A DNA stretch of 64,000 nt from an uncultured Spirochaetota bacterium (GTDB lineage Bacteria; Spirochaetota; Brevinematia; Brevinematales; JAOACQ01): assembly GCA_963783575.1 (NCBI GenBank), contig CAWAOD010000003.1, forward strand, positions 256,001 through 320,000. The letters run 5' to 3'. A program made the translations under genes and the position numbers. How positions within the stretch are numbered: position 1 is the stretch's first letter; the number at the start of each line of letters is the position of its first letter. Under the pieces are notes generated by a model. It was not told the origin of the DNA and did not search any database. It worked only from the letters and a program-made list of their open reading frames with translations. This document shows, in pieces, positions 10,782-20,337 of this stretch.

Positions 10782-12026
10782 TCAGTACATAGAAGTATTT
10801 GCAAGCGACTGGCCTGTCATCCTCTTTCTTTCAAGTTCAAGATTTCTTTTAATTATCTGGACCGTTTTTTCAATGGTTGTAACATCCTTGATAAAAATCT
10901 TTCCATCTATTATGGAAAGAGATTTATCGGTATCGAATAACTTTTTTATATAAAGATGCCCGTCCTGTTGATTGAAACCTACGAATTTGATCAGTTCCTC
11001 GGTTCCGAAATCAAAAGTATGCGATGTCCCCATTGAAATCGGTATTCTTGCTTTCTGAAGCTGTGTATAAAGGGAATCGTATATTTTACCGATCGGGTCT
11101 TTGATCAAAATATTCGACAATTGTTTGTATATAAGCCATATTCTTTCACTTAAAAGTTCGATAATCTTTGTTGCGATTTCGGGATGACCCTGAACGGTAG
11201 GCTCAAAATTAGCTTTACTCACCGCCATCAGTTTAACCGGGCCAAAAGCAGTTGAGCTTGCACTTCTGGGCTTATTATCCAGGAGCGACATCTCGCCGAA
11301 AATATCACCTTTCTTTAATACGGCCAGCAGCACTTCGTTATTATCGACAAGCTTTGTTATTTTGACCTTACCATCCTGGATGATATAGAGCTCCGCGCCA
11401 GGTTCATGTTCAAGAAATATAATCTGCTTATCGGAATACAAAGATGAAAAACCATCTTTCCTGGGCTGTAAAACTTCCTGAGCCGGATTGATTTTTGCAA
11501 GCTTGGTTTTTGCCTGGGGGACAAAACCGCCATCCGGACAAAACTTTATATAATGAAGGTAAGCATAAGCCGCCTGATTTAAAAGCTGGTTAGCATAATA
11601 AAATTCGCCGACTTTAAACAGATTATTCGGGTTTTCCTCAAGGGACGACTTGAAAGTTAGCTTTGTAAGTGTAGAATCATAATACCGCAACTGTTTCCCG
11701 AAATAACGGAGTATTTTCATCGCTATGGGAGTGTTTTTCTGAATCAATGAACCGAAATGCTCCCTTCTCACTACAATTGTTGAGGTGTCATCAATAGCCT
11801 GAACGGTTTCAATCCTGGCTCTCCTGGCCATGCAGGATATAACTCCAAAGAAATCGCCTACTCCCAGAACTGTTCCCTGATCCTGGTCAACGGTAGAAGC
11901 CGATCTGGCTTCAATTACCTGGCCCTGCCGGATAATATAAAATTCATCCGCTTCAGGTTGATCTTCGAGAGTAATATATCCGTTCTTTTTGAAGCTGGCC
12001 ACGCCAAATACAACTTCGTCAGCCAT
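10782..12026 (-). CDS. Crp/Fnr-type regulator with two cyclic-nucleotide-binding domains separated by a TPR-like segment
   Basis: Two cNMP domains (GDFFG...RIET; GDIFGEMSLL...PRSAS). Helical 'GEFYY...AAYAYLHY' segment between them. Confidence 0.8.
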   Translation of the reverse strand: MADEVVFGVASFKKNGYITLEDQPEADEFYIIRQGQVIEARSASTVDQDQGTVLGVGDFFGVISCMARRARIETVQAIDDTSTIVVRREHFGSLIQKNTPIAMKILRYFGKQLRYYDSTLTKLTFKSSLEENPNNLFKVGEFYYANQLLNQAAYAYLHYIKFCPDGGFVPQAKTKLAKINPAQEVLQPRKDGFSSLYSDKQIIFLEHEPGAELYIIQDGKVKITKLVDNNEVLLAVLKKGDIFGEMSLLDNKPRSASSTAFGPVKLMAVSKANFEPTVQGHPEIATKIIELLSERIWLIYKQLSNILIKDPIGKIYDSLYTQLQKARIPISMGTSHTFDFGTEELIKFVGFNQQDGHLYIKKLFDTDKSLSIIDGKIFIKDVTTIEKTVQIIKRNLELERKRMTGQSLANTSMY

Positions 12027-12147
12027 TTTTACTCCACATATTATTTTTCAACTAATTATAAGTTATATTAATCTTTTTGTAAACAGTAACCTATTAATAA
12101 ATAAGAACCTATTGAGAAATACATATATATAAAAAAGGAACCTATTT

Positions 12148-13440
12148 TTAGATAGGAAATCTCTTACATAGATTTTCGACTTTTTCCCTTATTGAATTAA
12201 GCTTTTTTTCATCATTAATATTTGAGATCGCATTAGAAATATATTCTCCTATTTCTTCCATTTCTTTTTCTTTCATTCCTCTTGTTGTTACAGCAGGTGT
12301 GCCGATCCTTATGCCGCTTGTTATTGTCGGAGGTAATTTGTCAAAAGGTATGCCGTTTTTATTGACAGTTATCCTTGCTTTATCAAGGACTTCCGTTGCT
12401 TCCTTGCCGGTGACATTTTTATTGGTGAGATCCACAAGTAAAAGATGATTATCCGAACCACCGGAGACAAGCCTGAAACCTGATTGAATTAATGTTTTTG
12501 CTAATGCACGGCAATTCATCAATACCTGTTTTTGATAACCCTGAAATGCAGGATCCATAGCCTCTTTTAAAGCAACAGCCTTGGCTGCAATGACATGCAT
12601 CAGCGGGCCGCCCTGAATACCGGGAAAAATCATCCCGTCTAAAATTTCGCTCATCATTTTAACCCTGCCGCTTTTCGCCGCTTTAATACCCAATTTATTC
12701 TCAAAATTTTTACCCATCAATATCATTCCCCCACGCGGACCTCGCAGTGTTTTATGAGTTGTTGTCGTTACAAAGTGGGAGGCAGGCAATGGGCTGGGAT
12801 GAAGCCCTGTGGCCACAAGCCCGGCGATATGCGCCATGTCTGTCATCAAATAGGCTCCGCACGCATCGGCGGCCTCGCGAAATTTTTCAAAGTTCAGAGT
12901 CCGCGGATAAGCGCTGGCGCCGGCAATAACCATCTTCGGCTTTTCCCTCACGGCAAGCTCAATTAAAGCCTGATAATCTATTGTTTCAGTTTCCTGTGAA
13001 ACTCCATAACTTACTATATTAAAAAATTTCCCCGAAAAATTAACAGGTGAACCATGCGTCAGATGTCCTCCATGAGAAAGACTCATGCCGAGAACTTTAT
13101 CCCCCGGGTTTAAGACGCTGAAATATATTCCCATATTTGCCTGGCTTCCAGAATGCGGCTGAACATTAGCGTAATCGCAGGAAAATATTATTTTTGCCCT
13201 GTCTCTCGCAAGATCTTCAACAACATCTATATATTCACAACCGCCATAATAGCGATGACCTGGATAACCTTCCGCATACTTATTTGTCATTAAACTGCCC
13301 TGAGCTTCCAGAACCGCTTCGGAAACTATGTTTTCAGAAGCTATCAATTCCAGATTAAACTGCTCCCTGTTTTCTTCTTTAATTATCGCATCATAAACTT
13401 CCCTGTCAACATTTTTCAATTGTTCCTTATCAGCCGGCAT
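12148..13440 (-). CDS. glyA: Serine hydroxymethyltransferase
   Basis: [22 protein letters not shown] and [13 protein letters not shown] motifs. True start is ATG 13440 with GGGAG RBS. Confidence 0.97.
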   Translation of the reverse strand: MPADKEQLKNVDREVYDAIIKEENREQFNLELIASENIVSEAVLEAQGSLMTNKYAEGYPGHRYYGGCEYIDVVEDLARDRAKIIFSCDYANVQPHSGSQANMGIYFSVLNPGDKVLGMSLSHGGHLTHGSPVNFSGKFFNIVSYGVSQETETIDYQALIELAVREKPKMVIAGASAYPRTLNFEKFREAADACGAYLMTDMAHIAGLVATGLHPSPLPASHFVTTTTHKTLRGPRGGMILMGKNFENKLGIKAAKSGRVKMMSEILDGMIFPGIQGGPLMHVIAAKAVALKEAMDPAFQGYQKQVLMNCRALAKTLIQSGFRLVSGGSDNHLLLVDLTNKNVTGKEATEVLDKARITVNKNGIPFDKLPPTITSGIRIGTPAVTTRGMKEKEMEEIGEYISNAISNINDEKKLNSIREKVENLCKRFPI

Positions 13441-13749
13441 AATTAAAACTCCCGATATAATATATTGCTTAAACTGAGTAGTTCTTATCAAATTTTTTCT
13501 TAGAATAAACGGAAATAATAAAATAAGTCTAATATTAAAACCGCTCAATTTTTGTATCAATATATTTTAATAAATGATAATAAAATACTCAATTAATATC
13601 GGTTAATAATTAAAGCCTAAATTGAGCGGTTTTAATAAAATTTATTCAATCATCAATAGCTAAGAACTTATATTATAAGTCGAAAGTCGATTAGCCGGTT
13701 AGTCATTTCAAATAAAAACCATTTAAAGAATCTCTCAGTTTGGATAATA

Positions 13750-15458
13750 CCTAAACTGAGCGATTCTTAACTATCCATAAAAATAAAACCATGCTAAAAT
13801 AAAATGGGGTAAGGAAATGGTTACAGCCATCCTTACCCCGGAATAACACCCATTGGGTGCAAAAGCAGGTAAATTATGACTGAAAAAAATAAAAATCGCA
13901 AAATTCAGGGAAATGAGATTCAAAAAATCGGCATAACGAAAGATTGTCTTACCAGCCGCGGCGGGCTTACGTTTGTCCTGAGATATCTCAAGAATATTAA
14001 AGTTATTCCCCTGATCAGCGAAGTATTTCAGGGAATTCGCAAGAGCCGCAAAGGTAAAGATATAGAAAAAATTATTTCTCAATTGATGCTGTTTTTCATA
14101 GATGGAAGCAAATTTACCATGACCCGGTTTGATGAATTGGCAAATGATATCGGGCACAGAAAGGCCATTGAATGCAGCAAAGACAATATGTGCTCATCCC
14201 ATGTGATAAAGAGATTTTTTTCAGTGGTAAAAAAGACAATGTTTAAAGAGCTTCAAAAGATTCTAATTAAGCTTTTTGTCTGGCGTCTCAAGATAAAGAA
14301 CCCGAAAGTTATTATTCTCGGACTTGATACGATGGTACTGAATAATGATGACGCTAAAAAGCGAAACGGCGTGACTTATACCCACAAAAAGGTTAACGGG
14401 TATCATCCGCTGCATATGTATTGGAATGGTTTTATCGTGAACCTGGCGTTCCACGAAGGAAGCGAATCCCCGAATCACGGTGACGATCTGTTTACAATGC
14501 TGGAAGAAACAGTGAAGGAAATCCGGAAATGCTATGACAAAGAGGTGCCGATTATCGTTGTGTCTGATAGCGGGTTTTTTGACCAAAAGTATTTTAAGAA
14601 GCTGGAAGACCTGAAACTGTTCTTTATATGCGGCGGGAGAATACTGGATTCAATCAAACTCGATTTGATGAAGCGATTGCCGGAAGAATGGAGAAGGTTT
14701 GAGAAAAAAGGAGATGTAATTGAATACCTGGACTTTCGGGACAGACGGGATAGCTGGGAAAAGGGATACCGTGCCATTTATACCAAATATGAATGTGAAG
14801 ACGGGGTTTTCAGATTAGCGTTCGACAGGCCTGAAAATATTATTTATACAAATCTTGAAGAAGCGGAAGTATTGAAAGAAAAGGGGCTTGTGAAATATAT
14901 GACGGCAGAGGAAATAGTGAGGCTCTATCATCTGAGGGCAAAAGATGAACTGGTGAACCGTGGAATAAAAGAATTCGTGGATGAAACACTGCCGTTTAAG
15001 AGTTTTGTATCAAACGGTGTATATTATTTTTTATCGATAATAGCGTATAATCTGCTGTCGGCTTATCAGGCGGATATGGATATACCGGAAATACCAGTGG
15101 AAAGTTATCCGGATACGGTCAGGCGAATATTTATTGATATTGCGGGAAAGATTGTTAAAACAGGCGGGCGGGCTATTTTAAAATTCAGGGAAGAAGTAGT
15201 TGACAGGTTTAAATTGTTAGATTTGTGGGAGAAATGCGGAACGGTTACCCCGATTTAAAGATGCGCTCTGTTTTCATGGATTAATAAGGGGGTATTGCGC
15301 CAAAAATTGAAAATATCTCAGAGATTGATGATTTTAGTGCTTTCAAACGCATAAATTCGGCAAATTAACCGGTGACAAAAAAATATATCCAAATTTTTAT
15401 AAATTTTGGCTTTTATAAACCTGTTTTTGGTATTTATTAAAAAATCGCTCAGTTTGGG
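13750..15458 (+). mobile_element. IS1380-family insertion sequence, complete, with terminal inverted repeats and 5-bp TSD (TAATA)
   Basis: IRL CCTAAACTGAGCGATT (13750-13765) matches the reverse complement of IRR AATCGCTCAGTTTGGG (15443-15458) at 15/16. TAATA lies at 13745-13749 and 15459-15463. Confidence 0.9.
13876..15258 (+). CDS. IS1380-family DDE transposase
   Basis: LTSRGGL, LDT, GYHPL, DSGFF, Y..RA..E...KE and IAGKIVKTG motifs typical of DDE_Tnp_1_4. Confidence 0.9.
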   Translation: MTEKNKNRKIQGNEIQKIGITKDCLTSRGGLTFVLRYLKNIKVIPLISEVFQGIRKSRKGKDIEKIISQLMLFFIDGSKFTMTRFDELANDIGHRKAIECSKDNMCSSHVIKRFFSVVKKTMFKELQKILIKLFVWRLKIKNPKVIILGLDTMVLNNDDAKKRNGVTYTHKKVNGYHPLHMYWNGFIVNLAFHEGSESPNHGDDLFTMLEETVKEIRKCYDKEVPIIVVSDSGFFDQKYFKKLEDLKLFFICGGRILDSIKLDLMKRLPEEWRRFEKKGDVIEYLDFRDRRDSWEKGYRAIYTKYECEDGVFRLAFDRPENIIYTNLEEAEVLKEKGLVKYMTAEEIVRLYHLRAKDELVNRGIKEFVDETLPFKSFVSNGVYYFLSIIAYNLLSAYQADMDIPEIPVESYPDTVRRIFIDIAGKIVKTGGRAILKFREEVVDRFKLLDLWEKCGTVTPI

Positions 15459-15491
15459 TAATACAATGTTTTCCTTATGCCATAAATTTCC

Positions 15492-15520
15492 TTGAGAAAA
15501 TCTAATTAAGATGTTATACT
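15492..15520 (+). promoter_or_regulatory. Sigma70-type promoter of hslVU
   Basis: TTGAGA-17 bp-TATACT with extended -10 TG, 22 bp before the hslV start. Confidence 0.55.
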
Positions 15521-15542
15521 TAAATTTGTTTTTGGAGGGATT

Positions 15543-16085
15543 ATGCCGGATAATTTATGGCATTCCACCACAATTATCTGTGTACGCAGGGGTGAGAAGG
15601 TTGCCATTGCCGGAGACGGCCAGGTCACTTTTGGAGATACTGTAATAAAGGGAAATGCAGTAAAAATCAGAAAATTATACAAGGATACAGTATTATCAGG
15701 TTTTGCCGGGTCAGCCGCGGACGCTTTCGCACTTCTGGAAAAATTTGAAATCAAACTTGAGGAATTTTCGGGTGATCTTCTGAGAGCAAGCGTTGGTCTG
15801 GCAAAAGACTGGAGGCTTGACAAGGCTTTAAGACAGCTTGACGCTCTCATAATTGTAGCAAATAAAAAAAATACATTCATAATATCCGGAAACGGCAATA
15901 TTATTGAACCGGAAGATAATATCGCAAGTATAGGCTCCGGAGGAGCTTATGCCAGAGCCGCAGCCATGGCATTTATGAAAACTGATCCGGGAATGGACAT
16001 CAAGGACGTGGCATATACATCCCTGGAGATAGCTTCTCAAATATGCATATATACCAATTCAAATATCAGTGTAGAAACTTTATAA
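15543..16085 (+). CDS. hslV: ATP-dependent protease peptidase subunit HslV
   Basis: TTII N-terminal nucleophile, AGDGQVT, GFAGSAADA and IGSGG. Confidence 0.96.
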   Translation: MPDNLWHSTTIICVRRGEKVAIAGDGQVTFGDTVIKGNAVKIRKLYKDTVLSGFAGSAADAFALLEKFEIKLEEFSGDLLRASVGLAKDWRLDKALRQLDALIIVANKKNTFIISGNGNIIEPEDNIASIGSGGAYARAAAMAFMKTDPGMDIKDVAYTSLEIASQICIYTNSNISVETL

Positions 16086-16099
16086 TGTGAGGAATAGCG

Positions 16100-17488
16100 A
16101 TGAATCATAAATCCCTTCCCGTAGTTGATATAAATGACAGCCTTGAGTATTTTAAGCCCAGAGAGATAGTGCAGGCATTGAATAATTATATTATCGGGCA
16201 GGAAAAAGCAAAAAAACTTGTTGCTATTGCCCTCAGGAACAGAATCCGCAGAAAATATGTGGCGGATGATCTAAAAGAGGAAATCGCTCCAAAAAATATC
16301 CTAATGATCGGGCCGACGGGCGTTGGAAAGACCGAAATAGCAAGAAGAATAGCACAAACCCTTGATGCTCCTTTTATCAAGGTTGAGGCGACAAAATTCA
16401 CGGAAAGGGGATATGTCGGCAGGGATGTTGAATATATGATCAGGGCTATTGTAAATCATTCGGTAAATCTTGTAAAGTCAAGAATGAGGGATCAGGTTAA
16501 AAATGATGTTTATCCTGATGTTTTTAAGGTAATCCAGAAGAATCTTTTTGACGAATTGATTAAAACCGGCGAAATATCTTATGATGATCTATCACAGAGT
16601 GAAAAAACCAGGCTGAAATCGGAAATTAAAAAAAGACTGCATTCGGGAGGATTCGATCATTATTTGATAAACATCAAACTCAGGAAAAAGTCAAGCCCGA
16701 TTTTCCCGATGGTAGATATGTTTCCGGGTATGGATGATATGGAAAGCGGATTCCAGTCAATTTTTAACGATATAGGAGCCGAAACCAATGAAACAAAGCG
16801 CCTTACAGTAAAAGAAGCGACTGAAGCCCTTGTTCAGCAATATCTGGACGACAGTATTGACAAGGACAAGGCAATTGACCTCGGAATAAAATGGGCCCAG
16901 GAAATGGGCATTGTCTTTATCGATGAAATAGACAAAATATCAGATAAAGCCAAGGGAAACGGTCCCGAAGTTTCCCGGGAGGGTGTTCAGAGAGATTTAC
17001 TTCCGATTGTTGAAGGGACAACAGTAAACACAAAATATGGTATGGTAAAGACCGATCATATGCTGTTTATTGCCGCAGGGGCTTTTCATATAACAAAACC
17101 TTCCGATATGATACCCGAACTGCAGGGAAGGTTCCCGATAAGAGTCGAACTTCATAGTTTATCAAAGTCAGACCTCCTCAAAATTCTCGTAGAACCAAAA
17201 AATTCGCTGGTAAAACAGTACAAGGCTCTTCTATCGACAGAGGGCGTATCTCTTGAATTTGATGACGCTTCTTATGAAAAAATAGTCGAAATAGCTTATG
17301 AAATCAATAGTCTTGTTGAAGATATCGGAGCAAGACGGCTTCATACAATTATGGAATACCTGCTTGAGGATATTTCCTTCGAAGCTCCGGAAATGAAAGG
17401 AAAAACATATTTGATCGACAAGGAATATGTTGAGAAAAGACTGTCGGAAATTACCAGAAGCAATGATCTGACGAAATATATATTATAG
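16100..17488 (+). CDS. hslU: ATP-dependent protease ATPase subunit HslU
   Basis: GPTGVGKTEIARR, VEATKFTE, GVQRDLLP, ELQGRFPIRVEL and C-terminal DLTKYIL. Confidence 0.96.
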   Translation: MNHKSLPVVDINDSLEYFKPREIVQALNNYIIGQEKAKKLVAIALRNRIRRKYVADDLKEEIAPKNILMIGPTGVGKTEIARRIAQTLDAPFIKVEATKFTERGYVGRDVEYMIRAIVNHSVNLVKSRMRDQVKNDVYPDVFKVIQKNLFDELIKTGEISYDDLSQSEKTRLKSEIKKRLHSGGFDHYLINIKLRKKSSPIFPMVDMFPGMDDMESGFQSIFNDIGAETNETKRLTVKEATEALVQQYLDDSIDKDKAIDLGIKWAQEMGIVFIDEIDKISDKAKGNGPEVSREGVQRDLLPIVEGTTVNTKYGMVKTDHMLFIAAGAFHITKPSDMIPELQGRFPIRVELHSLSKSDLLKILVEPKNSLVKQYKALLSTEGVSLEFDDASYEKIVEIAYEINSLVEDIGARRLHTIMEYLLEDISFEAPEMKGKTYLIDKEYVEKRLSEITRSNDLTKYIL

Positions 17489-17535
17489 TCGCTAGTCACT
17501 AGCAACTAGCGACTATTAAAGTCCTGAGGATAAAT

Positions 17536-18108
17536 ATGAAGTTATTGAAACGTTTTATTTTAGTTTTGATTGCCATATTTTTAGTTTTCTATGCGCTCAT
17601 TTCCGTCTATATAATATGTTATCCTATTAAAACCGATTTCCCCGGGAATAAAACCCTTTGTGTTGTTTTCGGCGCCGGGATAACGTGGTCGGGCGAACCG
17701 AGCAATGCTTTAAAATTCAGGCTTGATAAATCTATCGAATTATATAAAAACAGCAGAATAAAAAAAATCTTTATAAGCGGAAAAATAGCCGAAATTTTTG
17801 TAATGAAGAATTATCTTATTAAAAATGATATTGATACCAATGACATCATCACCGATTATAACGGCAAGAATACACTGAAAACAATTGAGAATGTAAGACA
17901 ATATGTAAAAAAACAGGATGTCGGAGACGGTATAGTATTTATAAGCCAGAAATATCATATTCCCAGAATTACTTTAATCGCATATAAAAAGAAGATTGGG
18001 CATTCATTTTTTATTGCAGCGGATACCAAAAATATAGACCAGCAGGATAGAATTTTATTTATAGCCAGGGAAAGCCTGGGTTTCATAAAATCCCTGATTA
18101 TGGACTGA
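17536..18108 (+). CDS. SanA/YdcF (DUF218) family protein
   Basis: N-terminal TM helix, VVFGAG, RLD, ISG, NTL, SQKYHIPR and RE motifs. Confidence 0.8.
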   Translation: MKLLKRFILVLIAIFLVFYALISVYIICYPIKTDFPGNKTLCVVFGAGITWSGEPSNALKFRLDKSIELYKNSRIKKIFISGKIAEIFVMKNYLIKNDIDTNDIITDYNGKNTLKTIENVRQYVKKQDVGDGIVFISQKYHIPRITLIAYKKKIGHSFFIAADTKNIDQQDRILFIARESLGFIKSLIMD

Positions 18109-18115
18109 TAGCAAG

Positions 18116-18919
18116 ATGAAAGACGCTAACATTGACGAAATATTCTATTCCATCCAGGGTGAAGGTCCGCTCGTAGGAATTCCTTTCCTTTTTATACGCT
18201 TAGGCGGGTGCAATCTAAACTGCTATTACTGTGATACCAAAGAGTCAAAAAAAATTAAACCATATTGCCGGATATATTATCCTAATTCAGGACGAGTATA
18301 TCAGCGGAAACGATTAATCCTATTCGGCGGATTCCCTGAGGAATCGAAAGGGCTCACCGCAGGCAGGATCTCTCTTGTTAAAAATCCTGTAGAAATAAGC
18401 TGTCTTGAGAATATATTGCAGGGATTTCAATACGAATATGTCTCATTCACCGGGGGAGAACCTTTACTCCGCCATGATTTTATTGAAAATTCACTGTCTT
18501 TATTTTCTAATAAAATTTTACTAATTGAAACAAACGGTACTTTACCCGGTCATATTACCGGAAGCTTGATAAAACGAATAGATTACTGGTCGGTAGATAT
18601 AAAGCTGCCTTCAACATCAAAATTAGATGTTATTAAACTCAATGAAGAATTTATTTTAAATTTGGCTGATGCACGGAATATAATCATAAAGACCGTATTT
18701 TCACCGGAAACTCTTTCCAGTGAACTGGAAGAGGCTTACCGGATCGCATACGGATTATATGAAAAAAATAAAAATACAACTCTTATCTATCAGCCGGTAA
18801 CAAAGAACGGTAAAATTTCAACCGGTAAGAACCTGAATACCGTATATTCAATTTGTTATAAAAGCAGTATGGAAATCCGTATATTACCTCAAATACATAA
18901 AATGCTTAAAATAAAATAA
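18116..18919 (+). CDS. queE: 7-carboxy-7-deazaguanine synthase QueE-like radical SAM protein
   Basis: EIFYSIQGEG, FIRLGGCNLNCYYCDT, TGGEPL, IETNGT and C-terminal LPQIHK. Confidence 0.85.
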   Translation: MKDANIDEIFYSIQGEGPLVGIPFLFIRLGGCNLNCYYCDTKESKKIKPYCRIYYPNSGRVYQRKRLILFGGFPEESKGLTAGRISLVKNPVEISCLENILQGFQYEYVSFTGGEPLLRHDFIENSLSLFSNKILLIETNGTLPGHITGSLIKRIDYWSVDIKLPSTSKLDVIKLNEEFILNLADARNIIIKTVFSPETLSSELEEAYRIAYGLYEKNKNTTLIYQPVTKNGKISTGKNLNTVYSICYKSSMEIRILPQIHKMLKIK

Positions 18920-18933
18920 AACAATTCTATTTC

Positions 18934-18962
18934 TTGACAAATTAAGGGTTTTCCCATAAAAT
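18934..18962 (+). promoter_or_regulatory. Sigma70-type promoter of the rpsF operon
   Basis: TTGACA-17 bp-TAAAAT. Confidence 0.7.
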
Positions 18963-18968
18963 CTTCTA

Positions 18969-19060
18969 TCCTTCCTGCCGTTATAAGGTCGATCATTTCA
19001 GGCAGGCATTGAAAAAATCCGGATTATTTTCCCGGGTTTTTTCATAGTCCATAAGGAGGA
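18969..19060 (+). promoter_or_regulatory. Structured rpsF 5' leader (candidate S6:S18 autoregulatory RNA)
   Basis: Stems CCTGCC/GGCAGG and a 13-bp stem (19010-19022/19032-19044). The 5' TCCTT can pair with the AAGGA SD. Confidence 0.5.
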
Positions 19061-19066
19061 ATATCG

Positions 19067-19357
19067 ATGGTTAGAGAATACGAAATCACCTTTCTTATCA
19101 AAGAAGGTGAGATTGTCAAATCAGCAGTTGAGAGGATAAAGGATTATCTCTCAAAAATCAAGGCAAATCTGGTCAGTGAAAATGATATGGGAACCCGCCA
19201 GCTTGCATACAATATTCACAGAAACCGTGAAGATTTCGTACGAGCTTTCTATTATTTTATCAAGGTTGAAATGGATACGGTTACAATTCCGGAACTGGAA
19301 AGGCGGATCAAATTCGATGAAGATATAATCCGCTATATGATTGTAACGGGAAGCTGA
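19067..19357 (+). CDS. rpsF: 30S ribosomal protein S6
   Basis: REYEITF, GTRQLAYNI and IIRYMIV motifs. First gene of rpsF-ssb-rpsR. Confidence 0.93.
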   Translation: MVREYEITFLIKEGEIVKSAVERIKDYLSKIKANLVSENDMGTRQLAYNIHRNREDFVRAFYYFIKVEMDTVTIPELERRIKFDEDIIRYMIVTGS

Positions 19358-19360
19358 CCT

Positions 19361-19867
19361 ATGAGCTGGGATATTAACAGGGTTATGCTTATAGGCAGGC
19401 TTTCCAATGATGTTGATCTGAAATATACGCCGTCAGGAACCGCTATAGCGAAATTCGGCCTCGCAGTCGGCGGTAAACCCAAAAATGACGGCAGCGACAG
19501 CGTATCGTTTTTCAATATTGTAGTATGGGGAAAAGCCGCGGAGAATTGCAGCAGCTATCTGTCCAAAGGGAAACAGGTTGCTATTGACGGGCGGCTGGAT
19601 CAAAGAAGCTGGACAGCTCAGGATGGCTCCAAAAGAAGCACCGTTGAAGTTATAGCCGAACGGGTGGAATTTTTAGGTTCATCCGGGGGAACACCCAGAC
19701 AGGCGCCGGCTCCGGATACAAATGCAAATGCCGGTGTTAAGCAGGGAACAGGAAGCGGCGGCGGTACTTATGAAGATAATTTTTATGATAATACAAACTT
19801 CGATACCACACCCGCAGACCCGAATTCTTTCCCGGACGAACAAAACCCTAACGATCCGAATTTTTAG
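19361..19867 (+). CDS. ssb: Single-stranded DNA-binding protein
   Basis: [12 protein letters not shown] fold and acidic tail ending in ...DPNF. Confidence 0.95.
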   Translation: MSWDINRVMLIGRLSNDVDLKYTPSGTAIAKFGLAVGGKPKNDGSDSVSFFNIVVWGKAAENCSSYLSKGKQVAIDGRLDQRSWTAQDGSKRSTVEVIAERVEFLGSSGGTPRQAPAPDTNANAGVKQGTGSGGGTYEDNFYDNTNFDTTPADPNSFPDEQNPNDPNF

Positions 19868-19893
19868 TTTATGATGATTATAAGGAGAATATA

Positions 19894-20328
19894 ATGGCAG
19901 AAGAAATTGTAAATGATAGAGAAGACAAATCCGACAACGATATTGTACTATCAAAGGATATCCCATTAAAGGAAACATCCTCTTCAAAAGAGTCCGCCTC
20001 TTCAAAAGAGGATGCTGTAATGCCGGAAACAGCTGGTCATATTGATATAATCGATACCGAGATAAAGAAAGTAAAAGATACCGGCGATTCGATTCCCGAT
20101 AAGAAAAAGTTTTTTTATACAAAAAAGGTCTGTAAGTTCTGTACAAGGCAGATGGAAGAGAAGGTTCTTAATTATAAAAATGTAGATATATTAAGAAGGT
20201 TTGTAATGCCAAGCGGCAAAATCCTGCCGAGAAGAATCAGCGGCAATTGCGCCAAGCACCAGAGGATGGCAGTTAGGGAAATAAAAAAAGCCAGGATCAT
20301 TGCGCTTTTACCTTTTCTGGACAGGTAA
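19894..20328 (+). CDS. rpsR: 30S ribosomal protein S18 with long acidic N-terminal extension
   Basis: [33 protein letters not shown] and AR..ALLPF motifs. Confidence 0.93.
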   Translation: MAEEIVNDREDKSDNDIVLSKDIPLKETSSSKESASSKEDAVMPETAGHIDIIDTEIKKVKDTGDSIPDKKKFFYTKKVCKFCTRQMEEKVLNYKNVDILRRFVMPSGKILPRRISGNCAKHQRMAVREIKKARIIALLPFLDR

Positions 20329-20337
20329 ACAGGGTTT

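Noticed and set aside
13441..13560. N-terminal extension of glyA in the ORF track
   Set aside because: The RBS and homology support ATG 13440. The extension runs through a repeat element.
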